A stretch of DNA of 64,000 nucleotides from Desulfatiglandales bacterium (lineage in GTDB: Bacteria; Desulfobacterota; DSM-4660; Desulfatiglandales; HGW-15). The notes under the pieces are model-generated. The model worked only from the letters and a program-made list of their open reading frames with translations. It did not search any database and was not told the origin of the DNA. This document shows, one piece after another, positions 9,813 to 19,378 of this stretch; the stretch's first letter is position 1, and every line of letters starts with the position of its first letter. A program made the translations under genes and the position numbers. The stretch is taken from assembly GCA_963667015.2 (NCBI GenBank), contig CAXXJJ010000004.1, positions 608,001 through 672,000 of the forward strand. Direction: 5' to 3'.

Positions 9813-10871
9813 ATGAGCATTAACAAAAAGTGGAAGCAAAAATTTGATATACTGAAAAACTATATAGCAACTAACTCTGAAATTATTATAAATACAAACG
9901 AAATATCCATACCGGAGCATCTACGTGATAAATTCTACGATTATTTTGATGATATCCGGAATACGTTTGTAGAGGATTTTTTCACCTCATTACCGCTGGA
10001 TGCAGACACCCTTTGCAGGAACTATAATCAGTCGGAAAAAGAGCTGATCGACTTTCTAAATCTTGAACGTATCGACCTGCCTGTGGATCTTATAAGCTTT
10101 CTTCATAATCCAAGAGAGGGCATGGTACGCTGGCTCTACAACAGATTGTTCGAAGTAATACAGGAAAAGATATCAATAGAAGATTTTGAACAGATTGCGG
10201 AAAATGATCTGGTCGCAACAACCGCAGAGATGTACCGGCTTGGGTATGAAACATGGGCAGTTCTGACACTTATCCTTTCACTTGACCCTGAAAAGGCATA
10301 CTCTGTTGAGCTAGATGAGGAATATAATCCTATTGCTGGAGAACTCAAGGTAATTGCCTTTGGTCGTCAGTTTAATCACAGTACAAAGCGCATACCTGAA
10401 TTTATTATTCATTCAAAAAAACTTGATTGTTATGTTGCGGTAAAGGTGCCACTGGCAAAGGAAGTTGAGGGATACCATCTCCCCCACGAAGTCCCTAAAA
10501 AGATGCTGAGAGACCGCACCGGTGATACATCCTATGTACTGGATTCAAGGATTTTATTTCTTTCAGTGCTAAAAAACCTGGATGATATTCCTATTTATGC
10601 TGAAATATCTGAGCGTAAGATAGAAAGCCCTGACGCAGTAATAGAATTCCTGACCTCAGAAGACCTGAATGACGCGGAAAAAATTTCTCAGATTCAAAAA
10701 CGGTTAAAAATTATGAAACCAGGGCTTGGCGGTTCAGTTATGGTTATGAATCCCGATTATAAAACTGGTTCCGAACCATCAGCGGAAGGTATTGATATAT
10801 TTTTAACAGGATTTGATAGAAATAAATTACAGCAGGTTACTCAAAAACTTTTAGTCGGCAAAGAAAGCTAG
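9813..10871 (+). CDS. Hypothetical protein
   Basis: 352-aa ORF in operon orientation; no motif recognised. Confidence 0.75.
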   Translation: MSINKKWKQKFDILKNYIATNSEIIINTNEISIPEHLRDKFYDYFDDIRNTFVEDFFTSLPLDADTLCRNYNQSEKELIDFLNLERIDLPVDLISFLHNPREGMVRWLYNRLFEVIQEKISIEDFEQIAENDLVATTAEMYRLGYETWAVLTLILSLDPEKAYSVELDEEYNPIAGELKVIAFGRQFNHSTKRIPEFIIHSKKLDCYVAVKVPLAKEVEGYHLPHEVPKKMLRDRTGDTSYVLDSRILFLSVLKNLDDIPIYAEISERKIESPDAVIEFLTSEDLNDAEKISQIQKRLKIMKPGLGGSVMVMNPDYKTGSEPSAEGIDIFLTGFDRNKLQQVTQKLLVGKES

Positions 10872-10900
10872 ACTATACATGGATTGCCACAAGGTATTAA

Positions 10901-10930
10901 TTTGACACATATGTGCCAAACATCTATATT
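10901..10930 (+). promoter_or_regulatory. sigma70 promoter overlapped by a palindromic operator
   Basis: TTGACA-17-TATATT; near-perfect palindrome TTTGACACATATGTGCCAAA (10901-10920). Confidence 0.6.
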
Positions 10931-10975
10931 CGATTAGAGATGAAGTAACGTTTTTTCAACTCAATATTAGGAGAT

Positions 10976-11695
10976 ATGACTATGGCGGATGAGACAAGTA
11001 ACATAAACCGCAGGAGCTTTCTTAAAAACGCGGGAGTCATAATCGGTGGAAGTGCCATTGGCGCAGCCGGAATGACGCTCAGGCCGGAAATGGCGCAAGC
11101 CGCTGAAGCCGTTAAAGGGGTCCCCCGGACCGTTACGCAGTTCCGTTGCCCTGTTTGCAGCAAAAATTTCAGCAGCTTTGCAGAATTAAAAAATCATTTT
11201 AAAACGGATCATCCTGAACAAGTAGAGCCCGTCACTACAAAGCTCAATATAAACGGAGAGGAATGCGAGGTACTTATCGAACCCCACTGGACACTTCAGC
11301 GAACCCTTCAGTTCAAACTCGGTCTTACAGGCGCAAAACACATGTGCGGCCGTGGCGTATGCGGATCCTGCACGGTTATTATGGATGGAAGGGCTATCCT
11401 GTCATGTACGACACTTGCTGTGGAGTGTGAAGGCAAACACATCCAGACGGTTGAAGGCATAGCAGCAGATCCCAAATGGAGGCCCCTGATCGATTCCTAT
11501 TGTAAATGGGATGCCATGCAGTGCGGTTACTGTACCCCGGGGTTTCTAGTAAGCGCCAAGGCTCTCCTGGATAAAAAACAAAACCCGACCGAAGAAGACT
11601 GCAAACAGGCACTGGCAGGCAATATCTGCTGCTGCGGTACATATCACCGTCATCCAACCGCCATCATGGAAGCCGCTCCTGCAGTAAAGGCATGA
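10976..11695 (+). CDS. Tat-exported (2Fe-2S)-binding subunit of a xanthine-oxidase-family enzyme (PaoA/YagT-like) with a C2H2 zinc finger
   Basis: NRRSFLK Tat motif; CGRGVCGSCTV and QCGYCTPG...GNICCCGTY clusters; FRCPVCSKNFSSFAELKNHFKTDH. Confidence 0.9.
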   Translation: MTMADETSNINRRSFLKNAGVIIGGSAIGAAGMTLRPEMAQAAEAVKGVPRTVTQFRCPVCSKNFSSFAELKNHFKTDHPEQVEPVTTKLNINGEECEVLIEPHWTLQRTLQFKLGLTGAKHMCGRGVCGSCTVIMDGRAILSCTTLAVECEGKHIQTVEGIAADPKWRPLIDSYCKWDAMQCGYCTPGFLVSAKALLDKKQNPTEEDCKQALAGNICCCGTYHRHPTAIMEAAPAVKA

Positions 11696-11711
11696 GCATA
11701 GGAGAAAAAAT

Positions 11712-12671
11712 ATGAAACCATTTAATCATGTAAATGCAACATCACTGGAGGAGATCAGGACAGCCCTTTCCGATGGTAAAACAAACATTATTGCCGGCGG
11801 TACAGATCTCCTTGGGACACTTAAGGACAATATCCTCAGGACCTACCCTTCAACAGTAATCAATCTAAAGACCGTTTCCGGCCTTGATCACATTGAGGAA
11901 AAGGGCGGCATACTCAGCATAGGTGCAGCAACACGTCTTGCTGATATAGCCGGAAACCCGATCGTACAAAAGAAGTACACCGCTCTTGCCCAGGCTGCCT
12001 CAAGGGTAGCAACGCCCCATGTCCGTGAAATGGGGACAATCGGCGGGAACATAGCTCAATTACACCGTTGCTGGTATTTCCGTAAACCGGAAAACCGTTT
12101 TGACTGCAAACGTAAAGGCGGCAGCACTTGTTTTGCCATGAGTGGCGACAACCGATATCATTCAATCTTTGGTGCAAAGGGGGGATGTATTGCAGTAAAT
12201 CCAAGCGATACGGCCCCTGCCCTTATCGCCCTTAATGCAAAGGTGGTTACTGACCGCAGAACTATAGATGCTGAAAATTTCTTTGATGTTAAACAGCCGG
12301 GCAATACTGTCCTGGAAACAGACGAAATAATCAAAGAAATCCAGATCCCCGAGCCTCCAAAGGGTGCAAAGAGCGCTTTTATAAAATTCGCATTCAGAAA
12401 GTCCATAGACTTTCCTATAGTTAACTGCGCTGTCATGGTCGGTGGAAAAAATCCAAGAATAAGCCTTAATGCCGTGGGTCCCACACCTGTTCGCGCAACA
12501 AAGGCCGAAGATGTAATCTCCGGGAAAAGCATAAAAAAAATCAGTGAAAAGGACGCCGAGGCTGCGGGTGAGGCAGCAGTTGCAGATGCAAAGCCTCTTT
12601 TCAAGGCAGCAAAGTTTAAGGTCCAGATTGCCAGAACCCTGGTCAAAAGGGCAATTTTGTCTGTAAAATAG
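11712..12671 (+). CDS. FAD-binding subunit of a xanthine-oxidase-family enzyme (PaoB/YagS-like, with 4Fe-4S insertion)
   Basis: IAGGTDL, TIGGNI, RCWYFR..DC.RKGG..C..CIAVNPSD. Confidence 0.9.
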   Translation: MKPFNHVNATSLEEIRTALSDGKTNIIAGGTDLLGTLKDNILRTYPSTVINLKTVSGLDHIEEKGGILSIGAATRLADIAGNPIVQKKYTALAQAASRVATPHVREMGTIGGNIAQLHRCWYFRKPENRFDCKRKGGSTCFAMSGDNRYHSIFGAKGGCIAVNPSDTAPALIALNAKVVTDRRTIDAENFFDVKQPGNTVLETDEIIKEIQIPEPPKGAKSAFIKFAFRKSIDFPIVNCAVMVGGKNPRISLNAVGPTPVRATKAEDVISGKSIKKISEKDAEAAGEAAVADAKPLFKAAKFKVQIARTLVKRAILSVK

Positions 12672-12695
12672 AGAAGTGCATTATACAAGCTGAAA

Positions 12696-13466
12696 ATGAT
12701 AGGTGCAATAGCAGGAGATATCATAGGGTCTGTTTATGAGCACAACAGTATCAAGACCAAAGATTTTCCTTTATTCAGTGCCTTTTCCAGATTCACTGAT
12801 GACACTGTGCTGACAGTTGCAGTTGCCTGGTCAATTTTATCCGGAATACCTTACAGGGATGCAATTAAAGAGATCGGTAACCGCTACCCCGACGCCGGAT
12901 ATGGCGGAACGTTTATCCAGTGGCTTTTGTCAAAAGACGCAGGGCCATACAACAGCTGGGGCAATGGCTCAGCCATGCGTGTCAGCCCAATAGGATTTGC
13001 CTTTGAAACCATTGAGGAAGTGCTTGAACAGGCACGAATGAGTGCAGAGATCACCCACAATCACCCGGAGGGAATAAAGGGTGCACAGGCAACTGCACTT
13101 GCGGTATACCTTGCCCGGCGAAAAACCAATAAGAACGGAATAAGAGAAGAGATAAAAAACCGTTTCAATTACAATCTGGACAGGTCGGTGAATGAGATCC
13201 GCGCGGTATACGCATTTGATATATCATGCCAGGGCACTGTCCCCGAAGCGATAATTTCATTCCTGGATTCCGGATCGTATGAAGATACAATTCGTAATGC
13301 AGTCTCTCTGGGAGGCGACAGTGATACCCTGGCCTGTATTGCAGGTGGAATTGCAGAGGCATATTATGGACAGATTCCTGATGATATTTATAAGAAGGTG
13401 GAAGAGATACTGCCTGCTGATTTGATGGAAATTGTAAGAGATTTTTATACTGAATTTATCTTTTAA
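12696..13466 (+). CDS. ADP-ribosylglycohydrolase (DraG/ARH family)
   Basis: GAIAGDIIGS, FTDDT, GNGSAMR, GGDSDT. Confidence 0.9.
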   Translation: MIGAIAGDIIGSVYEHNSIKTKDFPLFSAFSRFTDDTVLTVAVAWSILSGIPYRDAIKEIGNRYPDAGYGGTFIQWLLSKDAGPYNSWGNGSAMRVSPIGFAFETIEEVLEQARMSAEITHNHPEGIKGAQATALAVYLARRKTNKNGIREEIKNRFNYNLDRSVNEIRAVYAFDISCQGTVPEAIISFLDSGSYEDTIRNAVSLGGDSDTLACIAGGIAEAYYGQIPDDIYKKVEEILPADLMEIVRDFYTEFIF

Positions 13467-13479
13467 TGGAGATTTAAGG

Positions 13480-15756
13480 ATGTCAGGCAACACAAATTTT
13501 AAAGGAATTATAAAAACAAGCTATATTGATTCCACTCCATACTGGGAGGAAGAAAAAAGGGCGCCAAAAGACGCGCCAAATATCATTTATATTGTTCTGG
13601 ATGATACAGGTTATTCTCAACTGGGCTGCTACGGCTCGCTGGTGGACACCCCCAATATTGATTCAATAGCGGCTGACGGTCTGAGATACAGAGATTTCCA
13701 TGTTAATGCCATGTGTTCCCCTACCCGGGCAAGCCTCCTGACAGGCTGCAATAACCATACAGTAGGACTGGGTTTTCTTTCCAATTATGATCTGGGTGTC
13801 CCCCCTCTTTCCGGTAGCCTTGATCACAAATACGGCTATATAAGTGAAACCCTGCTGGAAAACGGTTATTCCACCTTTGCCCTCGGGAAATGGCATCTGT
13901 GCAAACAAAAGGATATGGAAGGGGCCGGGCCATTCACCCAGTGGCCTCTGGGAAGGGGTTTTGAGAAGTATTACGGATTTCTCAACGCAGCGACAAGCCA
14001 GTTCCACCCGGCCCTTGTTCAGGATAACCAGTTTATAGATCCTCCAAAACTGCCGGAAGAAGGATATCATTTAAGTGAGGACCTTATTGATAAAGCCATA
14101 GGCTATATAGGTGATCAGAAATCATGTTCGCCTGAAAAACCATTTTTCTGCTACCTTGCCTTCGGTGCCATGCACGGTCCACACCATGCTCCCCGGGAAT
14201 ACATTGATAAATACAAAGGAGTATTTGATGAAGGCTGGGATATCTATAGAGAGAAGGTCTTTATCAGACAAAAAGAGATGGGGCTTATTCCTGAAGATAC
14301 TGTTCTTACTGAAAGAAACAAAATGGCACCTTCATGGGAAGGGCTTTCCGACCGGCAAAAGAAAATATTTGCAAGATACATGGAGGCGTTTGCAGGCTAC
14401 CTTACACACACAGATGATCAGGTGGGCCGTCTCCTGGATTTTCTTAAAGAGATAGGCCAGTACGAAAATACACTTATTGTCCTGCTTTCAGACAACGGCG
14501 CATCAGGAGAAGGCGGGCCAAACGGCAGTTTCAGCGAATATTATCATTTACTATCCATGAAATGGCCCGATCTTGCAACAGATGAAGAGTATGAACAGCT
14601 CGGCTCTCCCGAGGCCAGTAATAATTACCCTCCAGGCTGGGCATGGGCTGGCAATACCCCGCTCAAATGGTATAAAACCTGGGTTCACGCCGGGGGTGTA
14701 AAGGTACCTCTCATTATCAGCTATCCGAAAAAGATTAAAGACAAAGGCGCCATAAGAAACCAGTACCATCATGTTATTGACATTAACGCCACTGTTCTTG
14801 ATATCTGTAATATTGCACAGCTCGAGAGTATAAAAGGTGTAAAACAGGAGCCAAAGCCGGGCGTAACTATGTCATACACATTTGACGATCAGGATGCCTC
14901 CGGAGAAAGACATGTGCAGTATTATGAAATGCTGGGCAACCGGGGGATATGGGCTGATGGATGGAAGGCAATAACCAATCATGTTGAATCTGACAGTTTT
15001 GAAAAAGATAAATGGGAACTTTACAACACTGCAGTGGATTTTTCAGAATCAAATGACCTGGCGGAACAGCATCCTGAAAAATTAAAGGAGATGATTGATC
15101 TCTGGTGGGGAGAGGCCCGTGAATTCGGGGTCCTGCCTATGCTGGAAAGTTATTACAAGAAGAAAAACGGCTTTGACTTCAACAAAATGCTGAGATTCCC
15201 TCCATCCGAAGAAAAAACCAGGTATGTATATTATCCGCAAAAACTGCCCGGAGGTGGAGTACCCAGAATTGCCAACAAGTCTTTTACCATGACTGCCTAC
15301 CTGGAGCATAACACGGGGAATGAGGGAGTACTTGTATCCGCAGGCGTGAATGTCAGCGGCTATTCAATGAATATCGAAGACAACAGGCTGCATTTTCATT
15401 ACAATTATCTCAATGAATCGCATTTTCATGTAGAATCCGAAGATGAGCTTCCAACCGGGAAACATTCGCTGACTGTTGATTTTATTCAGACAGCCCAGGA
15501 TCAGGGTGTATGCCGCCTTCTTATAGACGGAATACCATGTTCGAGCGGAATTGATATCTCGACCTATCCTCTATTTGCTGCAGCGGGAGGATTTGCCGTA
15601 GGAAGGTATGCAACATCCCCTGTTGTTGCATCACACAGGTCGATGGGATATTTTAAATACAGTGGCAATATAAAAAAGGTTGTATACAATCTTGAAAGAC
15701 CGGTAAGTGATCATGATTTGATGATAGAACTGGAAGAGGAAGAAAAGAAAGCCTAA
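13480..15756 (+). CDS. Arylsulfatase (Cys-type, formylglycine-dependent)
   Basis: PNIIYIVLDD, CSPTRASLLTG, GKWHL, SDNG. Confidence 0.9.
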   Translation: MSGNTNFKGIIKTSYIDSTPYWEEEKRAPKDAPNIIYIVLDDTGYSQLGCYGSLVDTPNIDSIAADGLRYRDFHVNAMCSPTRASLLTGCNNHTVGLGFLSNYDLGVPPLSGSLDHKYGYISETLLENGYSTFALGKWHLCKQKDMEGAGPFTQWPLGRGFEKYYGFLNAATSQFHPALVQDNQFIDPPKLPEEGYHLSEDLIDKAIGYIGDQKSCSPEKPFFCYLAFGAMHGPHHAPREYIDKYKGVFDEGWDIYREKVFIRQKEMGLIPEDTVLTERNKMAPSWEGLSDRQKKIFARYMEAFAGYLTHTDDQVGRLLDFLKEIGQYENTLIVLLSDNGASGEGGPNGSFSEYYHLLSMKWPDLATDEEYEQLGSPEASNNYPPGWAWAGNTPLKWYKTWVHAGGVKVPLIISYPKKIKDKGAIRNQYHHVIDINATVLDICNIAQLESIKGVKQEPKPGVTMSYTFDDQDASGERHVQYYEMLGNRGIWADGWKAITNHVESDSFEKDKWELYNTAVDFSESNDLAEQHPEKLKEMIDLWWGEAREFGVLPMLESYYKKKNGFDFNKMLRFPPSEEKTRYVYYPQKLPGGGVPRIANKSFTMTAYLEHNTGNEGVLVSAGVNVSGYSMNIEDNRLHFHYNYLNESHFHVESEDELPTGKHSLTVDFIQTAQDQGVCRLLIDGIPCSSGIDISTYPLFAAAGGFAVGRYATSPVVASHRSMGYFKYSGNIKKVVYNLERPVSDHDLMIELEEEEKKA

Positions 15757-15759
15757 AAA

Positions 15760-15792
15760 AAAAGGGAACAAGATTAATCATTGTTCCCTTTT
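15760..15792. terminator. Bidirectional terminator between convergent genes
   Basis: AAAAGGGAACAA...TTGTTCCCTTTT. Confidence 0.8.
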
Positions 15793-15807
15793 ATTTTTAG
15801 CTATAGC

Positions 15808-16671
15808 CTAATCTAAATCCTCATCACGCCATTCCCAGTCTCTTCCGCCCTTGAATACCGCTGCATTCATCTCATTACTGAGGAACAGAAGGTTGGAATT
15901 GGGAAAACGAAGCGCCATTTCAAGGAAGAACTCACTGGTTGTATCCGTGCTGGCAAGAACTTCTTTTGTGGCTTTAAGATACTCTTTCATATAAACAAAG
16001 CATGATGAGTCAAAAGGCATGCCCGGGCTCTGATGGCCTGGAATTACAGTCTCAGCACCCAGTTTTTCCAGCATTTCAACATCTTCAAGCCATTTTTGTC
16101 TTTCTTCTTCATTTATCTCACAGGTGAAAGGATGAGATTCATTAAAAAGCACATCACTTCCGTATAGAAGTTTAATAGAAGGAACCCATACAACGGTATT
16201 GTATTTAAGATCGCCCATGATATGAGGCATAATCTCAATTTTATGGCCTTCCAGTTCAAAATAATTATTTTCCATGGGCTCGATATTAACTGCCTTTGTG
16301 GGAACATTTATAGGTCCGATAATATCTACCCAGTGATCAATTTTGCCAAACATCTGCTTGTTTACAGTATTGGCTACTTCCGATAAAGCTATAACCTTTG
16401 CTTCGGGAAAAGCATCTTTTATTGGACCAAGTCCAAAATAATGATCAGGATGTGCATGTGTCACATACATGTACTTAAGGGTTTTTCCGGTTTCAAGGAT
16501 CTCGGCCACTACCCTGTGACCGTTTGCAAGGCTCCATTGAGCATCGAGTATTGCGCAGTCTTTCTCACCCATTAAAATTACAGTACAAACTGAAAAACCG
16601 GCTTTTTCATCACTAAAAAAAACCTTTGCAGAAAGTTTACCAGGTCCATTGTCAACATATCTTACTTCCAT
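15808..16671 (-). CDS. MBL-fold metallo-hydrolase
   Basis: THAHPDH motif, IPGH. Confidence 0.85.
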   Translation of the reverse strand: MEVRYVDNGPGKLSAKVFFSDEKAGFSVCTVILMGEKDCAILDAQWSLANGHRVVAEILETGKTLKYMYVTHAHPDHYFGLGPIKDAFPEAKVIALSEVANTVNKQMFGKIDHWVDIIGPINVPTKAVNIEPMENNYFELEGHKIEIMPHIMGDLKYNTVVWVPSIKLLYGSDVLFNESHPFTCEINEEERQKWLEDVEMLEKLGAETVIPGHQSPGMPFDSSCFVYMKEYLKATKEVLASTDTTSEFFLEMALRFPNSNLLFLSNEMNAAVFKGGRDWEWRDEDLD

Positions 16672-16874
16672 ATTATGCCCTCCTGTTAATTTTATGTTAT
16701 TTCAATATCCTAAGAAGTTATTTGAAATGTTAATTAGAGCTACATACTATACACTATTTTACCGTGTATTCAAGTATTTTACTTAATCATTGAACGGCTC
16801 CCGGTCATGTGTTACAAAACAAAGTCATTACGTTTGTAAAGCCGCCGTTATTCTTAACCGGAGGAGGCATTTAT

Positions 16875-17681
16875 ATGCATTTAACACCGCCAATCACAAA
16901 TATGTCTGACGCCTTCAGCGTCAAGGGAAAGAATGTAATAGTAACAGGAGGAAACCGTGGAATAGGACTGGGTATAAGCACAGCCTTTGCCCAGAGCGGT
17001 GCCAATGTTGTCATCCTTTGCCGAAATATCGAAAAAGGCATGAAGGTTGCCGGGAGTTTTGATCAGTATGGAGGTAGACACGCCTGCATAAAGTGCGATA
17101 TCTCTGACAGAAAGAGTGTTGAAACAGCCACAGGCGAAATATATTCATTTTTTGACCATGTTGATGTTCTTGTTAACAACGCCGGGGTTGCTACAAACAT
17201 TCCATTTATCGAGGATAAAAATTTAAGCGAATGGCACAGGGTCATTAATACAGACCTTCACGGAGTAGCAAATATGATTCATGCCATTGCGCCGAAAATG
17301 AGGGATGCAGGTCTTGGCGGAAGAATCATTAATATTTCATCCATAGGCGCTCAGAACATCGGCAATGCATTGAGCCACCCCAATGCCCCATACCATGCAG
17401 CAAAAGCAGGCCTGGATCATTTTACCCGATACCTGGCGGTTGAACTGGGTGAATACGGCATACGTGTGAACAGTATCGAACCGGGTCCGTTCCATTCGGA
17501 CCTTGATAAGGACCTTCCTGAAGAGGCCCATGAATTCATCAGAAGAGAAACACCTTGCCACCGCTTTGGTGAACCCATCGAAATCGGTGCCTATTGCGTT
17601 TTTCTTTCTTCACCAGCGGGAAGTCACATTACCGGTTCTATATGTGTTCATGATGGAGGTTTACTCTGCAGAGCAGGCTGA
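16875..17681 (+). CDS. SDR family NAD(P)-dependent oxidoreductase
   Basis: TGGNRGIG, NNAG, YHAAK; start after GGAGGAGG at 16875. Confidence 0.9.
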   Translation: MHLTPPITNMSDAFSVKGKNVIVTGGNRGIGLGISTAFAQSGANVVILCRNIEKGMKVAGSFDQYGGRHACIKCDISDRKSVETATGEIYSFFDHVDVLVNNAGVATNIPFIEDKNLSEWHRVINTDLHGVANMIHAIAPKMRDAGLGGRIINISSIGAQNIGNALSHPNAPYHAAKAGLDHFTRYLAVELGEYGIRVNSIEPGPFHSDLDKDLPEEAHEFIRRETPCHRFGEPIEIGAYCVFLSSPAGSHITGSICVHDGGLLCRAG

Positions 17682-17702
17682 TTTTAGAAAAGGAGAAAAG
17701 GA

Positions 17703-18578
17703 ATGTCCAATATAAAATATTTCGCACTGGCAGGACAGGGAAATCCGGTAAAAACAAGGGTAGAGCCGAAAAATGCCCGGGTTAATGCGGTATGGATGGA
17801 TGAAGCGATTATAAAAGGATGTATGTTCAACGAGGCTTCATGGTTTTTAAAATCATGTAAAGAACCGGGGCTTGTAAAACATAATTCAGACAAGGTCATA
17901 TTTTTATTAGGCGGAAATCCTGACAAACCGGAGAGGCTTAATGCTACAGTCGATTTATGGATAGAAAACGACAAACTCACACTCACGAATACATGCGCAG
18001 TGTTTGTGCCCGAAGGTGCAGCCCATGGAAACCTTGAGGTGAAAGATCTGGAATTCCCCTTCTTCTACTATGAATGCCATCTTAATACAGATAAATACGA
18101 GGTCTTTCCTGCAGAGGCAACTGCTGCGCCCGGCACCTGCAGCAAATACTATGTTGAAAGGTACGAACGACCGGATGGGACATTTCCGGAGGCGCCCGAA
18201 GGATTTATAAAGTTCCTGGTTTATCTTGATGGTAAAAGGCTTAAAGGTGCACCATATGCCGAGGCAATATGGTTCTGCGATACAAATGATACCGGTCCGG
18301 CCCCGCACAGCCATGATGATTTTGATGAATTCATAGGCTTTATAGGAACTGACCCTGACCACCCTGAAGAATTAAACGCTGAAGTGAGTTTTTTTATAGA
18401 GGATGAAAAGATTTCCATTACGAAAAGCTGCCTGATCTATATTCCAAGGGGTTTGACACACAGCCCAATATTTGTCCCAAGGCTTGATCGTCCGATATTC
18501 CACTTTTCAGGGGGTAATGGCGGGGATTATGCACGCAAGGGAGATGAGCATCGTAATGATAACATGTTTAAGCTCTAA
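17703..18578 (+). CDS. Tandem cupin-like protein
   Basis: Two homologous halves; C-terminal HSH...E...H metal motif. Confidence 0.65.
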   Translation: MSNIKYFALAGQGNPVKTRVEPKNARVNAVWMDEAIIKGCMFNEASWFLKSCKEPGLVKHNSDKVIFLLGGNPDKPERLNATVDLWIENDKLTLTNTCAVFVPEGAAHGNLEVKDLEFPFFYYECHLNTDKYEVFPAEATAAPGTCSKYYVERYERPDGTFPEAPEGFIKFLVYLDGKRLKGAPYAEAIWFCDTNDTGPAPHSHDDFDEFIGFIGTDPDHPEELNAEVSFFIEDEKISITKSCLIYIPRGLTHSPIFVPRLDRPIFHFSGGNGGDYARKGDEHRNDNMFKL

Positions 18579-18656
18579 TTAAATTGACGAAAATAAGATG
18601 GTTATTTATTATCTCTGTAAGTATATTTTATCAGCAGATCAATTCAGGGAATAACT

Positions 18657-19145
18657 ATGGCAGAAGCAAAAAAAAATAAATCATCAGAAATATCAGATTT
18701 TCATCTGAAATATACTAAAGAAATAATATATTCCATCCGAAGGTTGATGCAGGCAGGTGAGCTATATACGAAAGAACTAAATAAAATTTATAATATAAGT
18801 TCTGCCCAGCTCAACTGCCTTCTCACCCTTCACGAAAACGGATCATTACCGCCGTCCCAGATCGCCAAATCAATGATGGTTAATTCAAGTACAATAACCG
18901 GAATTATTGATCGACTGGAACAGAAAGGTCTTGTGAAGAGGATGCGGATATCCTCTGATCGGCGTGTAATTACAGTTGAGCTGACAAAAAGCGGGCAGGT
19001 CCTAGCCGAGAATGCTCCTCCTCCTATTCAGCATAAATTGTTCGACGGCCTGAAAAAACTGCCTGAAAATGACATAAAATATATAGCTGAATCTCTGCTG
19101 AAACTTACAGATATGCTGGATGTCAAGGATCTGGAAGTTACCTAG
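18657..19145 (+). CDS. MarR family regulator (resembles EctR/CosR-type osmolyte regulators)
   Basis: wHTH STITGIIDRLEQKGLV..DRR; N-terminal SIRRLMQA..LYTKEL. Confidence 0.85.
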   Translation: MAEAKKNKSSEISDFHLKYTKEIIYSIRRLMQAGELYTKELNKIYNISSAQLNCLLTLHENGSLPPSQIAKSMMVNSSTITGIIDRLEQKGLVKRMRISSDRRVITVELTKSGQVLAENAPPPIQHKLFDGLKKLPENDIKYIAESLLKLTDMLDVKDLEVT

Positions 19146-19224
19146 TAGAACATTAATTTCAACCATTCCTGTTTTTTAATATCCTTATATATTAAGCAGT
19201 TATACCGGGTCACACCGAGGCGGC

Positions 19225-19253
19225 TTGACATTTCCCTTGTATTCATATATTTT
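19225..19253 (+). promoter_or_regulatory. Putative sigma70 promoter for the asnB operon
   Basis: TTGACA-17-TATTTT. Confidence 0.4.
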
Positions 19254-19378
19254 GAGTTGAAAATATATTTACAGAAACTGTTTTATCTGAATTAAAAATC
19301 ATATTAAATGGTCATCTAAAATTCCAAAGCCTTCAGCGGATAACAGGGAGGCTTTATTTTATTGTTAAAGGAGATAAA

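Noticed and set aside
18590..19290. Shared TATATTTTA(T)CAG motif upstream of marR and asnB as a MarR operator
   Set aside because: AT-rich and not clearly palindromic; insufficient support
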